Of a DNA stretch of 64,000 nt, positions 52,335-61,320 are shown one piece after another. The stretch is taken from contig OY970359.1 of assembly GCA_963718665.1 (NCBI GenBank), forward strand, positions 576,001 to 640,000, written 5' to 3'. Position numbers and translations under genes: made by a program. Source of the DNA: an uncultured Phycisphaerales bacterium. Its GTDB lineage: Bacteria > Planctomycetota > Phycisphaerae > Sedimentisphaerales > Anaerobacaceae. The notes beneath the pieces were generated by a model. It did not search any database and was not told the DNA's origin. It saw only the letters and a list, made by a program, of their open reading frames with translations. The first letter of the stretch is position 1. Each line of letters begins with the position of its first letter.

Positions 52335-52782
52335 AAAGGGAAAACATACGCGTAAATATTGCTCGGTATCGCTATATTTATTATTGTCTTTGGAACTACT
52401 ATGTATCAGCGGATGTCAAGTCGCAGGCGGTGGTGGCATGTTCTATTGCCCTCCAAACAATATTATTTGCGATAAACCATGGTATATTACAGTGAAATAT
52501 GTGGTTGTTCCGATTGACCCGAAAGAAAGATATGGTAAGCTGACTGAAAGATATAAAGATGTTATGATACATATTCGCAATTCCGTAAATAGTGATTTTG
52601 TCGCCGTGCCTATGGTTGTAGAGAACGCGAATCCAGCAAAGGGCGAAATACAATACATCGCAAATATGAAAGCGATTCCCTGTAACGCCGGTATTACGTA
52701 TGTGGAATATTATATAGATGAAATGTTTAAGGGTGTTTACAATGGAACAAAATCATACAGGGTCCCCGTAAACAAAAACTGA
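52327..52782 (+). CDS. Small lipoprotein (cassette D)
   Basis: Lipobox ISGC; shares CxKPW, VPMV, IPC and VPV with 42217-42681. Confidence 0.78.
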   Translation: MNKKGKHTRKYCSVSLYLLLSLELLCISGCQVAGGGGMFYCPPNNIICDKPWYITVKYVVVPIDPKERYGKLTERYKDVMIHIRNSVNSDFVAVPMVVENANPAKGEIQYIANMKAIPCNAGITYVEYYIDEMFKGVYNGTKSYRVPVNKN

Positions 52783-52814
52783 TTTTTAGTATGTAACCTC
52801 CATGGGAAATCTAA

Positions 52815-53975
52815 ATGAAGAAGGCAGCGTTATTTTGTCTTATAGTAGTGTGTATTTTATGCGGATGCAGGCACAATCAGAATCAGGACGCAGAATATAT
52901 TCAGAGATATGGAATGATGGTTGGTTATGTTCCCGGACCATTTTTTCACTATGGTCAAACCAAACTGGCCGAATCGCGTCATTTTGACCTCGGTGATATT
53001 CCGCATGAAGTTCATAAAATAACAGCTACTATTCCTTTCACCAATCAAGGCAGAGAAACGTTGATTATCAAAAAAGTTGATAGCCCCTGCCCCTGCTTTG
53101 CCGGATGGGATGGCGATAAAGAGCTTGCCCCTCGCCAAAAAGGGGTGATTTACCAAAAGGGAGTGATTAATGTTTACTTCGACAAGGACAAAATAGAATC
53201 CGGACACGTAACCCGTTTTGTGCGTATAAATACAAATGACCCGTCCAATAACGAAATAAAAATATTCTTCGACTTCAATGTTATGCGCAGCCCGGAAGAA
53301 GAAGATATTCGCTCGTTACGAGATGAAGTCCAGAGGATAAAAGGCGAGTTGCAGACCCTTCGTAAGGAGATTCGACAGTTTACTCCCGCAAAAAACGCAA
53401 GCAATAACAGGAGAGCTGCCCCCGCAAACAATCCGGACACGAATGTTTACGACGTTAATATCGGCACATCACCCACCCTCGGTCCGGATAGTGCCCCTGT
53501 TACAATTGTTGAATTTTTTGACTTCCAGTGCCCGTTCTGCACAAAGGAATATCCAAAGATTAAGCAAATTATGGCTGAATACCCCGGCAAAATACGGCTT
53601 GTCTTTAAGCATTTCCCGTTGGATTTTCACAAGCAGGCCTTCGCCGCCAACGCCGTAACGGAATTTGCTCTTCGTCAAAAAGGGCCGGAAGCTTTCTGGG
53701 AGCTTCACGACATGATTTTGGCTGACCCCGAAAAAATCGACGCCGCAACTTTACGAGCATACGCACAAAAACTCGGATTGGATATAACCGAATTGGACAA
53801 ACTCTGGGCGGATGAGAAGGCGATAGTAGAATTACTAAAGGCAGACAAAGAACTGGCAGAAAAATGCAACGTCAACAGCACGCCCACAATATTTATCAAT
53901 GGCAGGAAACTTACTGACCGTTCTCTGGATGGCTATCGCAACAAAATTAAGGAAACGCTGAGCCAGGCCAAATAA
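52815..53975 (+). CDS. DUF1573-like plus DsbA-like lipoprotein (cassette D)
   Basis: FFDFQCPFC, VNSTPT; paralog of 42715-43860. Confidence 0.9.
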   Translation: MKKAALFCLIVVCILCGCRHNQNQDAEYIQRYGMMVGYVPGPFFHYGQTKLAESRHFDLGDIPHEVHKITATIPFTNQGRETLIIKKVDSPCPCFAGWDGDKELAPRQKGVIYQKGVINVYFDKDKIESGHVTRFVRINTNDPSNNEIKIFFDFNVMRSPEEEDIRSLRDEVQRIKGELQTLRKEIRQFTPAKNASNNRRAAPANNPDTNVYDVNIGTSPTLGPDSAPVTIVEFFDFQCPFCTKEYPKIKQIMAEYPGKIRLVFKHFPLDFHKQAFAANAVTEFALRQKGPEAFWELHDMILADPEKIDAATLRAYAQKLGLDITELDKLWADEKAIVELLKADKELAEKCNVNSTPTIFINGRKLTDRSLDGYRNKIKETLSQAK

Positions 53976-53977
53976 TT

Positions 53978-54059
53978 CTGACTTTGAATACGCCTGCGGG
54001 ATAGAGGCAGCTATCGGCTGTTTTACGGGCTAATTATCGTTATGGTTTTGCTCTTAACA
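53978..54059 (+). repeat. Cassette junction element, copy 3 (47-mer at 54013-54059)
   Basis: CTGACTTTGAATACGCCTGCGGGATAGAGGCAGCT plus the invariant 47-mer. Confidence 0.92.
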
Positions 54060-54620
54060 GCGACTGTTTATGATGCCTGTGGTGTTGGTGGTGGTGGTCA
54101 TCCGCCTTGCCCGATATGCTATAGCTGGGGTTATGATGATGTCTTGGATGAGTGGGGATGTTATATTTGGACCTGCGGTAATCAACAGTGTTGCAACGGA
54201 ACATGTTTTGACCCTAGTACCAAGGGATGCTGTAACGGCACACTCTATAACCTTAGCACCCAGCAGTGCTGTAGTGACATCTCGCCTTCCTATGTATGTG
54301 GTATTAATCAAGCATGCTGCAACGGGTCCTGCTGTAACCCATACAAGTGCCAGACTTGTTTTAGTGGTGAATGTCAGGTTTTATACATAGTGTGTCCAAG
54401 TGCCGCTGGGGGGTGCCTGGATGGCGGAGCTTGTGGAGTCGGAAATTATCATGAAGAAATTCAGTGGCTAACCATGTATCCTATGGACGAATACCCATGT
54501 CAAGATACACTCTATACATGTACTGTGTGGACACCATTCGTAGATGAAAATTGTATGGTATCTATAGCTGTTTACTGTCCCGAAACGTATTTGGGATGTA
54601 ACCCGGCAATTGGTACTTAG
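54042..54620 (+). CDS. Cys-rich protein, cassette E (5'-truncated leader): shorter constant region plus unique Cys-rich C-terminus
   Basis: Matches the others up to DPSTKGCCNG, then diverges. Confidence 0.78.
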   Translation: MVLLLTATVYDACGVGGGGHPPCPICYSWGYDDVLDEWGCYIWTCGNQQCCNGTCFDPSTKGCCNGTLYNLSTQQCCSDISPSYVCGINQACCNGSCCNPYKCQTCFSGECQVLYIVCPSAAGGCLDGGACGVGNYHEEIQWLTMYPMDEYPCQDTLYTCTVWTPFVDENCMVSIAVYCPETYLGCNPAIGT

Positions 54621-54630
54621 GAGACAAAAA

Positions 54631-55551
54631 ATGAAATCGTCTTTGGTTTTATGTTCAGTAACAATCATAGTCGGGGCATTATGCCCTTCAACAACATCGG
54701 CTATTACTGCTGATGAGATTATCAACGGATTAGAGCAAAGAGAGCAAAGCATAAAAACTATTCATGGGGAATTTGATGTATGGGCTCAAATAAGAACAAA
54801 TGATGGGAACACCGAAGAAATTGAGAAGCAATACGAATGGACCAAAAATGGGAACACCCAAAAACTAATCACAGAATACAAAATGCTACCAGAAAGGCTC
54901 AAGCCTAAAGAGCAAAATAATATATGCCCTACTTGCCCAAATCCAATGAAAATGCATGTAATGGCTAATAAGGAAATTCGCTTATTTGATGGGCAAACGA
55001 CTCAACAATTTTTACCAGAAAGCAATAGTGCCGCCATTTTCCCAGGAGACCAGATATTTTTTGCAGGTAAAGTGCCTGAAGACTGGTTGATGAAAAGAAT
55101 CAAGCGGAAATCATTGTCGGTTTTTTTAAAACAACAAGATAATTTCTTGAAATATACAGGAGACATTAATTTGGAAGGGCAGCGATGTCATATCCTAGAA
55201 TTTAGCGATCACAATACGTATGATGGCAAACTATATATTGTAGATGGACAGAAACTATTTACGACCAAATTTGAGATAAACATAATAAATCACAATCTTC
55301 CATTCAACACACGAGAAGAGGATATATTCAGCGATTTCAAATCTTACGGTAATATAACTTTGCCATCGAAGGTTACCGTGACTGTTTACGATGTTTATCC
55401 GGAGAAAGAGCAATTATCAATGAAAGAAATTTTCACCGTTAAAAAATTAGAGATTAACGGTCAAATCACTAATTCTGATTTAAGCATGCGACTCCCAGTT
55501 GGTACGCGTGTTCATGATTCCGTAGCGAATAAAGATTTTGTTGTTCATTAG
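54631..55551 (+). CDS. Secreted beta-rich partner protein (cassette E; LolA-like fold suspected)
   Basis: RBS AGGAG, signal peptide, FDGQT, LEGQRCHILE, GNITLPSK, LPVGTRVHD. Confidence 0.78.
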   Translation: MKSSLVLCSVTIIVGALCPSTTSAITADEIINGLEQREQSIKTIHGEFDVWAQIRTNDGNTEEIEKQYEWTKNGNTQKLITEYKMLPERLKPKEQNNICPTCPNPMKMHVMANKEIRLFDGQTTQQFLPESNSAAIFPGDQIFFAGKVPEDWLMKRIKRKSLSVFLKQQDNFLKYTGDINLEGQRCHILEFSDHNTYDGKLYIVDGQKLFTTKFEINIINHNLPFNTREEDIFSDFKSYGNITLPSKVTVTVYDVYPEKEQLSMKEIFTVKKLEINGQITNSDLSMRLPVGTRVHDSVANKDFVVH

Positions 55552-55571
55552 AATTTTCAAGGTGGTATTAT

Positions 55572-55690
55572 CCTGACTTTGTACCCGCCTGCGGGATACA
55601 GGCGGCCATCGGCTGTTTTACGGGCTAATTATCGTTATGGTTTTGCTCTTAACAACGATTGTTAACGATACATACGGCCTTGGCCCGTGT
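55572..55690 (+). pseudogene. Junction element copy 4 (47-mer at 55608-55654) with a remnant cassette start
   Basis: Invariant 47-mer, then MVLLLTTIVNDTYGLGPC, after which similarity is lost. Confidence 0.8.
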
Positions 55691-56227
55691 TCATCAATGC
55701 CCTGCGGCCAATACGGTTTTGGCTCGTCTGCCGATTTTAAGCCCCTGTTTTACCCGCGAGGCAGGCAAATTTTACCGCCCAACCGATGTGAAAAACACCC
55801 GCTAAAACCCCAAAAAACGCCCTAACCCCTAACCTTCTATTAAAAAACACCATATAACCATTATCATATCCCACATAAGCCAGGCCAAAAAATCCGCCAA
55901 ATTGCAAAAAAAATGATTGTTATTACCCGCTTTGACGATTACTATATGTTTTCGTGTGCGAAAAATTACGGCTGCCCCGTGTTCTCGGGGAATGTAGTTA
56001 GGTGTATTCGATGATTTTTGCAGGGTCTGCTTACAGTGCGTATTAGCCGAACAATTGCTCGGTTCGGCGAAGGTTTCGCGCCGATTGTGGCCGGTATGCA
56101 AGGGTTTTTGCTCCAGCGACGGCCTATGAATCGGGTTGTTATACAACATTGGGTTGAACTACGGAGGCACAAGATGTAGCGTCAAACCAACGACAACCTC
56201 GATTTATTGGGCTTGAAGCGTGGATGT

Positions 56228-56254
56228 GGAAACCGGTATGGTTTCCTTTTTTTT
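56228..56254 (+). terminator. Intrinsic terminator/attenuator in the nusA leader
   Basis: GGAAACC-GGTAT-GGTTTCC-TTTTTTTT, ~60 nt before the nusA start. Confidence 0.7.
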
Positions 56255-56312
56255 ATTGCTCGTCTCCGCGAAGACGCTGAGTCGTAGCCGGATTGTAAGG
56301 AAGCATAAACAA

Positions 56313-57548
56313 ATGAATCAGGAATTACTTAGAATAGTTGAAAACGTAGCCAGAGACAAGAACATCGACAAAGAATCCATCTTTGCCGACCTTGAGGAGG
56401 CAATGGTTTCCGCTATAAGGAAGCATTTCGGAACACCCGAAAGCGAAATCGTCGTCCAGATTGACCGGGCCAGCGGTCAGGTTACCGCCTTCAAGGATAA
56501 ACAGCCAATCAATATCAATCAGCTTGGCCGAATATCCGCTCAGACCGCCAGGCAGGTTATGGTGCAAAAAATCAAGGCCGACGAAAGAGACAGCATTTAC
56601 ACCGAGTTTGCACAGAGAAAAGGCGAAATCGTCAACGGTTCCGTAGTCCGATACGAAGGCGGTTCCCTCGTCATCGGCCTCGACCACCGCACTGAGGCGT
56701 TTATGCCGAAGGGCGAGCAGATAGTCGGCCAAACCCACAGGCCGGGCGAAAGAATCAGGTGCCTCATTCTCGAAGTCAAAGAGGTCTCAAACCAGGTTAA
56801 AATCATCCTGTCTCGGACCCACCCGGACTTCATCCGCCGGCTCTTTGAGCAGGAAGTCCCCGAAATAGCCGAGGAAATTATCGAAATAAGGGCGCTTGCC
56901 CGCGAAGCCGGCTACCGAACAAAGGTCGCCGTCGCCTCACTCGACGAAAAGGTTGACCCCGTCGGCGCCTGCGTGGGCGTCCGCGGCAGCAGAATAAAAA
57001 ATATCGTCGATGAGCTTGGCGGCGAAAAAATCGACATCGTCCGATGGAGCGATTCATCGCAGGTCTTTATTACCAACGGCCTTATGCCCGCAAAGGTTAG
57101 CGAAATCGCACTGTGCTTTGAGCTCGGCAGGGCTACCGTCGTCGTCGATGAGGACCAGCTTAGTTTGGCGATAGGCAAGCACGGTCAGAACGTCCGGCTC
57201 GCAGCCCGGCTCACCGGCTGGGATATCGATATCCTCACACCCGATGAATACAATCAGGGCATTGAACGACTCACTAAATGCGTTAAAAGTATCGAGGGTG
57301 CTGATGATACCCTCGTTGATAAACTTATTGCGCTGGGTATAATATCGATTCTCGACCTGGATGATGTCGGCGCTGAACCCCTGGTAACGGAACTCAATAT
57401 AAAACCGGAACTTGCCGGGCAGCTTATTGCCGTAGCTGTCGAAGAAGCCAAAAAACTTGCGGCTGATAGTAAACAAAAACAAGCCGAAGAACTGCTACAG
57501 GAACAAGCGCAGCAAAATCCCCCGGCAGACAGCCCTAACCAAACCTGA
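56313..57548 (+). CDS. nusA: Transcription termination factor NusA
   Basis: LGRISAQTARQV, LSRTHPDF, REAGYRTKVAV, GACVGVRGSRI, AIGKHGQNVRLA. Confidence 0.97.
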   Translation: MNQELLRIVENVARDKNIDKESIFADLEEAMVSAIRKHFGTPESEIVVQIDRASGQVTAFKDKQPININQLGRISAQTARQVMVQKIKADERDSIYTEFAQRKGEIVNGSVVRYEGGSLVIGLDHRTEAFMPKGEQIVGQTHRPGERIRCLILEVKEVSNQVKIILSRTHPDFIRRLFEQEVPEIAEEIIEIRALAREAGYRTKVAVASLDEKVDPVGACVGVRGSRIKNIVDELGGEKIDIVRWSDSSQVFITNGLMPAKVSEIALCFELGRATVVVDEDQLSLAIGKHGQNVRLAARLTGWDIDILTPDEYNQGIERLTKCVKSIEGADDTLVDKLIALGIISILDLDDVGAEPLVTELNIKPELAGQLIAVAVEEAKKLAADSKQKQAEELLQEQAQQNPPADSPNQT

Positions 57549-57568
57549 TTTTTGGGAGTGTCTCAGCA

Positions 57569-60163
57569 GTGGCCATAACAAGAGTATATTTGTTGGCTCG
57601 CGAACTTGGTGTCTCAAGCACCGCTATTATGAAAAAGTGCCAGGATGAGGGGCTTGACATCAAAAACCACATGGCCACTATCTCCGCCGGGCTTGCGGCC
57701 ACTATAAAAGAATGGTTCAGTGAAGGAGACCATACCACCGCCATCGAAACCGCCCAGAAGGTTGACCTCGAAAAAGCCCGCGTCAGAAAATCAAGAGGTA
57801 AAAAAACCGCCGAAGCGGAGCCAGCTACTGCCGAAATACCACAGGAAACGCCCGCTGTTACCGAGATTCAGGAAGTACCACCGGCTTTGGAAACACCGGC
57901 TGAACCGACGCCTGCCACCAACAAACCCGCCCCGCCTCAGCCGAGACACGCCGTCGCCAGAATCGAACCGCCACCAATCATACCCGCCGGTCCTATGCTC
58001 GAAAAACCCGAGCCGGCCAAACTTACAGGCCCGCAGGTCGTGCGCATCGAGGCACCGGAACCCGCACCCGCAATGCGACGACCAAGACCAAAGCCGAGAT
58101 ACGATATGCCAGTAACCTCGCCTTTGATGGCCTCCGACAAGGATGAAGATACCATCGCACCGATGAGGGGCGGACAGGTCGCCACCAAAAAACCAAAAGA
58201 ACGAACGCATGGTCGCCGGCGAACCGAATACGAAACCGAAACCGTTAAAAAAACCAAGCTGATTACCCAGAGGCGAGAAAAAGATTTAGAAGAAAGACGA
58301 GCTCGGCTCGATGCCGCAGGAAGCGAAGGTTTACGACTCAGGCCGCTGCGGAAAATCACCTCAAAAACCCACCCTGAAGCCGCACAGCCCGTAATTAAAC
58401 CTACGTCTGCCTCAATTACAGAACCCATTACCGTTAAAAGTTTGGCTGCGGCGCTGGTCGTCAAGGTCTCCGATGTAATCGCCAAACTGCTGCAGCAAAA
58501 CCTCATTGCCACCGCTAACCAGATTATCAGCACAGAAGTCGCAGAGCTTGTATCAATGGAACTGGGCATCGAATTGCACGTCGAACACAAGGCCTCCCTT
58601 GAAGACCAGATAAAAACAGAATTTGAAAACAGACCCAGACCCAACCTCAAACGACGCCCGGTTATCGCTACCATGCTCGGCCACGTTGACCACGGCAAAA
58701 CAAGCTTGCTGGATAAAATTCGTTCCACAAACGTTACCGCAGGCGAAGCAGGCGGAATCACACAGCATATAGGCGCTTATCAGGTCAACGTCGGAAAGGG
58801 CAAAGTAACATTCCTCGATACGCCGGGCCATGAGGCGTTTACGGCTATGCGGGCAAGAGGCGCGACTATGACCGACGTCGTCGTGCTCGTCGTCGCCGCG
58901 GGTGACGGCGTTATGCCCCAGACAATCGAAGCAATTCACCACGCAAAAGCAGCCAACGTTCCCGTCATCGTCGCGCTAAACAAAATCGACCTGCCCGGAA
59001 GCGATATCAACCGCGTTTACTCACAACTGGCAGAGCACGAGTTGATTCCCGTGGAATGGAGCGGAACAACAGAAATCGTTAAAACAAGCGCAACAACCGG
59101 CGTAGGTATCGCCGACCTGCTCGAACACCTCGATTACGTCGCCGAACTGCTCGACCTTAAAGCCGACGACACCATACCCGCCACCGGCTGGGTTGTCGAA
59201 GCACACCTCTCGCAAACCAGGGGCCCCGTCGCCACTGTGCTTATCAAAGAAGGCGTTATGACCAAGGGAGACATAATCCTCGCCGGCTGCGCCTACGGCA
59301 GGGTCAAAACCCTCAAAGACGGCTTCGGCAAAAGCGTCAAATCAGCGACAAGCTCAACCCCCGTCGAGGTCAGTGGTCTTCAGTTTGTCCCCAACGCCGG
59401 CGACAAATTCTACATCCTCAGCGATATTAACAAAGCCAAGGCCGCCGCCAACGAAAACCAGATGCTCCATAGAGAAGGCGCTCTCGCCAAAAGAACTCAG
59501 ATTACCCTCGATAATCTCTTCACCCATATTAAAGCCGGAACCGTCAAAGAGCTTAATCTCATCATCCGCGCCGACGTTCAGGGCTCAGTTGACGTCCTGA
59601 CTAAATATATATCCGAAACGAGCACCGCCGAAGTCAAACTCAAGATTTTGCACACCGGCACAGGCGGCATCACCGAGGGAGACGTCGTTCTCGCTGAGGC
59701 GTCAAACGCTATCGTCATCGGCTTCAACGTCGTAGCAGACGAACTCGTCGCCAAAATGGCCGAGAAAAAAGGCGTCGATATCAGGTTCTACAACATCATC
59801 TACCGCATTACCGAAGACCTCCAGAAATCGATGGTCGGCCTGCTCGAACCGGAAGAGCGGGAAAAAACCATCGGAAGAGCCGCCGTCAGAACAACTTTCA
59901 AGGTATCAAAGGTCGGAACAATCGCCGGCTGCTTTGTCAACGACGGCGTCGTCAAAAAGAACGCGAAAATTCGCCTCATACGCGATAACATCGTCATACG
60001 CGACAATATGACCATCGAGTCGCTCAAGCACTTCAAAAACGACGCCAGCGAAGTAAAAGCCGGTCTCGAATGCGGCATCAAAATCGCCCGCTTCGACGAC
60101 GTGAAAGCAGATGACATATTTGAACTTTACGAAATCCAGAAGGTGGCGAGAACCCTCCAGTAG
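57569..60163 (+). CDS. infB: Translation initiation factor IF-2
   Basis: [46 protein letters not shown]. Confidence 0.98.
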   Translation: MAITRVYLLARELGVSSTAIMKKCQDEGLDIKNHMATISAGLAATIKEWFSEGDHTTAIETAQKVDLEKARVRKSRGKKTAEAEPATAEIPQETPAVTEIQEVPPALETPAEPTPATNKPAPPQPRHAVARIEPPPIIPAGPMLEKPEPAKLTGPQVVRIEAPEPAPAMRRPRPKPRYDMPVTSPLMASDKDEDTIAPMRGGQVATKKPKERTHGRRRTEYETETVKKTKLITQRREKDLEERRARLDAAGSEGLRLRPLRKITSKTHPEAAQPVIKPTSASITEPITVKSLAAALVVKVSDVIAKLLQQNLIATANQIISTEVAELVSMELGIELHVEHKASLEDQIKTEFENRPRPNLKRRPVIATMLGHVDHGKTSLLDKIRSTNVTAGEAGGITQHIGAYQVNVGKGKVTFLDTPGHEAFTAMRARGATMTDVVVLVVAAGDGVMPQTIEAIHHAKAANVPVIVALNKIDLPGSDINRVYSQLAEHELIPVEWSGTTEIVKTSATTGVGIADLLEHLDYVAELLDLKADDTIPATGWVVEAHLSQTRGPVATVLIKEGVMTKGDIILAGCAYGRVKTLKDGFGKSVKSATSSTPVEVSGLQFVPNAGDKFYILSDINKAKAAANENQMLHREGALAKRTQITLDNLFTHIKAGTVKELNLIIRADVQGSVDVLTKYISETSTAEVKLKILHTGTGGITEGDVVLAEASNAIVIGFNVVADELVAKMAEKKGVDIRFYNIIYRITEDLQKSMVGLLEPEEREKTIGRAAVRTTFKVSKVGTIAGCFVNDGVVKKNAKIRLIRDNIVIRDNMTIESLKHFKNDASEVKAGLECGIKIARFDDVKADDIFELYEIQKVARTLQ

Positions 60164-60183
60164 GTATCGCTCTTTATACTATT

Positions 60184-60570
60184 ATGCCCACGAGAAGACA
60201 GGAGAAAATCGCACGTGTCGTAAGGGAGGCGGTTAGTGACGCCATCGCCAATCACCTCAGCGACCCGCGAATAGAATCACTTGTCAGCGTCACAAAGGTC
60301 GATGTCTCCGCGGATATGCGCATCGCCAACGTCTATCTCAGCATGTTCGGCGGCACCGAAACCGCCCAGAACAAAACCTTCATCGCGATTCTCCACGCCA
60401 GAAGACGAATCCAGATGCTCCTTGCAGAACAGGTTAAAAGCAGGTTCTGCCCCGTTATAAATCTCCACAAGGACGAAAATTTCAAGAAAACCATCGAAAC
60501 TATGAGGCTCATTGACGACCTGGCCGGTGAGTTCAAAGATAAAGATTCCATTGACCAGGAGCACGGTTGA
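60184..60570 (+). CDS. rbfA: 30S ribosome-binding factor RbfA
   Basis: RRQEKIA, DPRI, VTKVDVSADMRIANVY; follows infB. Confidence 0.93.
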   Translation: MPTRRQEKIARVVREAVSDAIANHLSDPRIESLVSVTKVDVSADMRIANVYLSMFGGTETAQNKTFIAILHARRRIQMLLAEQVKSRFCPVINLHKDENFKKTIETMRLIDDLAGEFKDKDSIDQEHG

Positions 60571-60641
60571 TTGTTATATTTGCCGGCATGGCCGTTCCGG
60601 CCGCGTTTTCACGGGTTTAAGGCCTGTGCCACGGGATACTT

Positions 60642-61292
60642 ATGAAAGACAGTAAAGAATACTCGAAAAAAATTCAAAAACTATATCGCTCACTGAAGCG
60701 AAAACCGGGCAAGCATCACCCTGTTGAATACGATGAGCCCGTTGACGCACTCGTATTTGCCATCGTAAGCGAAAACCTCACGGAATCGCACGCGCAGGCT
60801 GCGATTAAAAAGCTCAAGGACTACTTTGTTGACTCGAATGATTTGCGGGTGGCAACCATCGAGGAAATAGTCGAAGTCCTCGGCCCGGATTTCGAGCCGG
60901 CACGCAGTATTGCCGCCACACTCGTCAGCGTGCTTAACGCCGTATTCAACAAACACAATATGCTCGGCCTGCAGTCGCTTCGCAAATTAGGCAAAAGGCC
61001 CACGAAAATACTGCTCGAAAAACTCAACGGCGCAACCCCCTTCGCCGTCGATTACTGTATGCTCACCTCAATGCAGGGCCACGCCATACCGCTGACCCCG
61101 AAAATGATTGAGTTTCTCAAAACCGGCCAGTTCATCCACGCCGAAGCCATTTACGAAGAAATCGAAGGGTTTCTCTGCCGGCTGATTTCAATCAAAAACG
61201 CCTGTGAATTTTACTCGCTCCTCAGGCGCGAAAGCGAATCGCCCAAAAAACAGCCGCCAAAAACAAAAAAGAAAATACAAAAAAATCCGTAA
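60642..61292 (+). CDS. Hypothetical protein, weak HhH-GPD/endonuclease III-like
   Basis: EPVDALVFAIVSEN, FVDSNDLRVATIEEI resemble the Nth-like N-terminus; no Fe-S motif. Confidence 0.6.
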   Translation: MKDSKEYSKKIQKLYRSLKRKPGKHHPVEYDEPVDALVFAIVSENLTESHAQAAIKKLKDYFVDSNDLRVATIEEIVEVLGPDFEPARSIAATLVSVLNAVFNKHNMLGLQSLRKLGKRPTKILLEKLNGATPFAVDYCMLTSMQGHAIPLTPKMIEFLKTGQFIHAEAIYEEIEGFLCRLISIKNACEFYSLLRRESESPKKQPPKTKKKIQKNP

Positions 61293-61320
61293 ATAACGCA
61301 ACTTTTCGAAAGAATATAAA

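Noticed and set aside
40063..54620. Diversity-generating retroelement behind the variable Cys-rich genes
   Set aside because: No reverse transcriptase in the window, and the A-vs-D differences involve all four bases rather than only adenines.
43863..55654. CRISPR array or integron attC sites for the 47-bp repeats
   Set aside because: Spacing is 1.6-6.3 kb, the repeat derives from coding sequence, and no cas genes, integrase or attC-type inverted core sites are visible.
38000..55900. Prophage, ICE or IS as carrier of the array
   Set aside because: No integrase, transposase, phage genes, flanking tRNA or terminal direct repeats were seen.
55637..56172. ORFs 55637-55825, 55829-56149 and 55966-56172 as real proteins
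   Set aside because: The first is a cassette remnant running into non-coding sequence; the others overlap the nusA promoter/leader and have no protein-like features.
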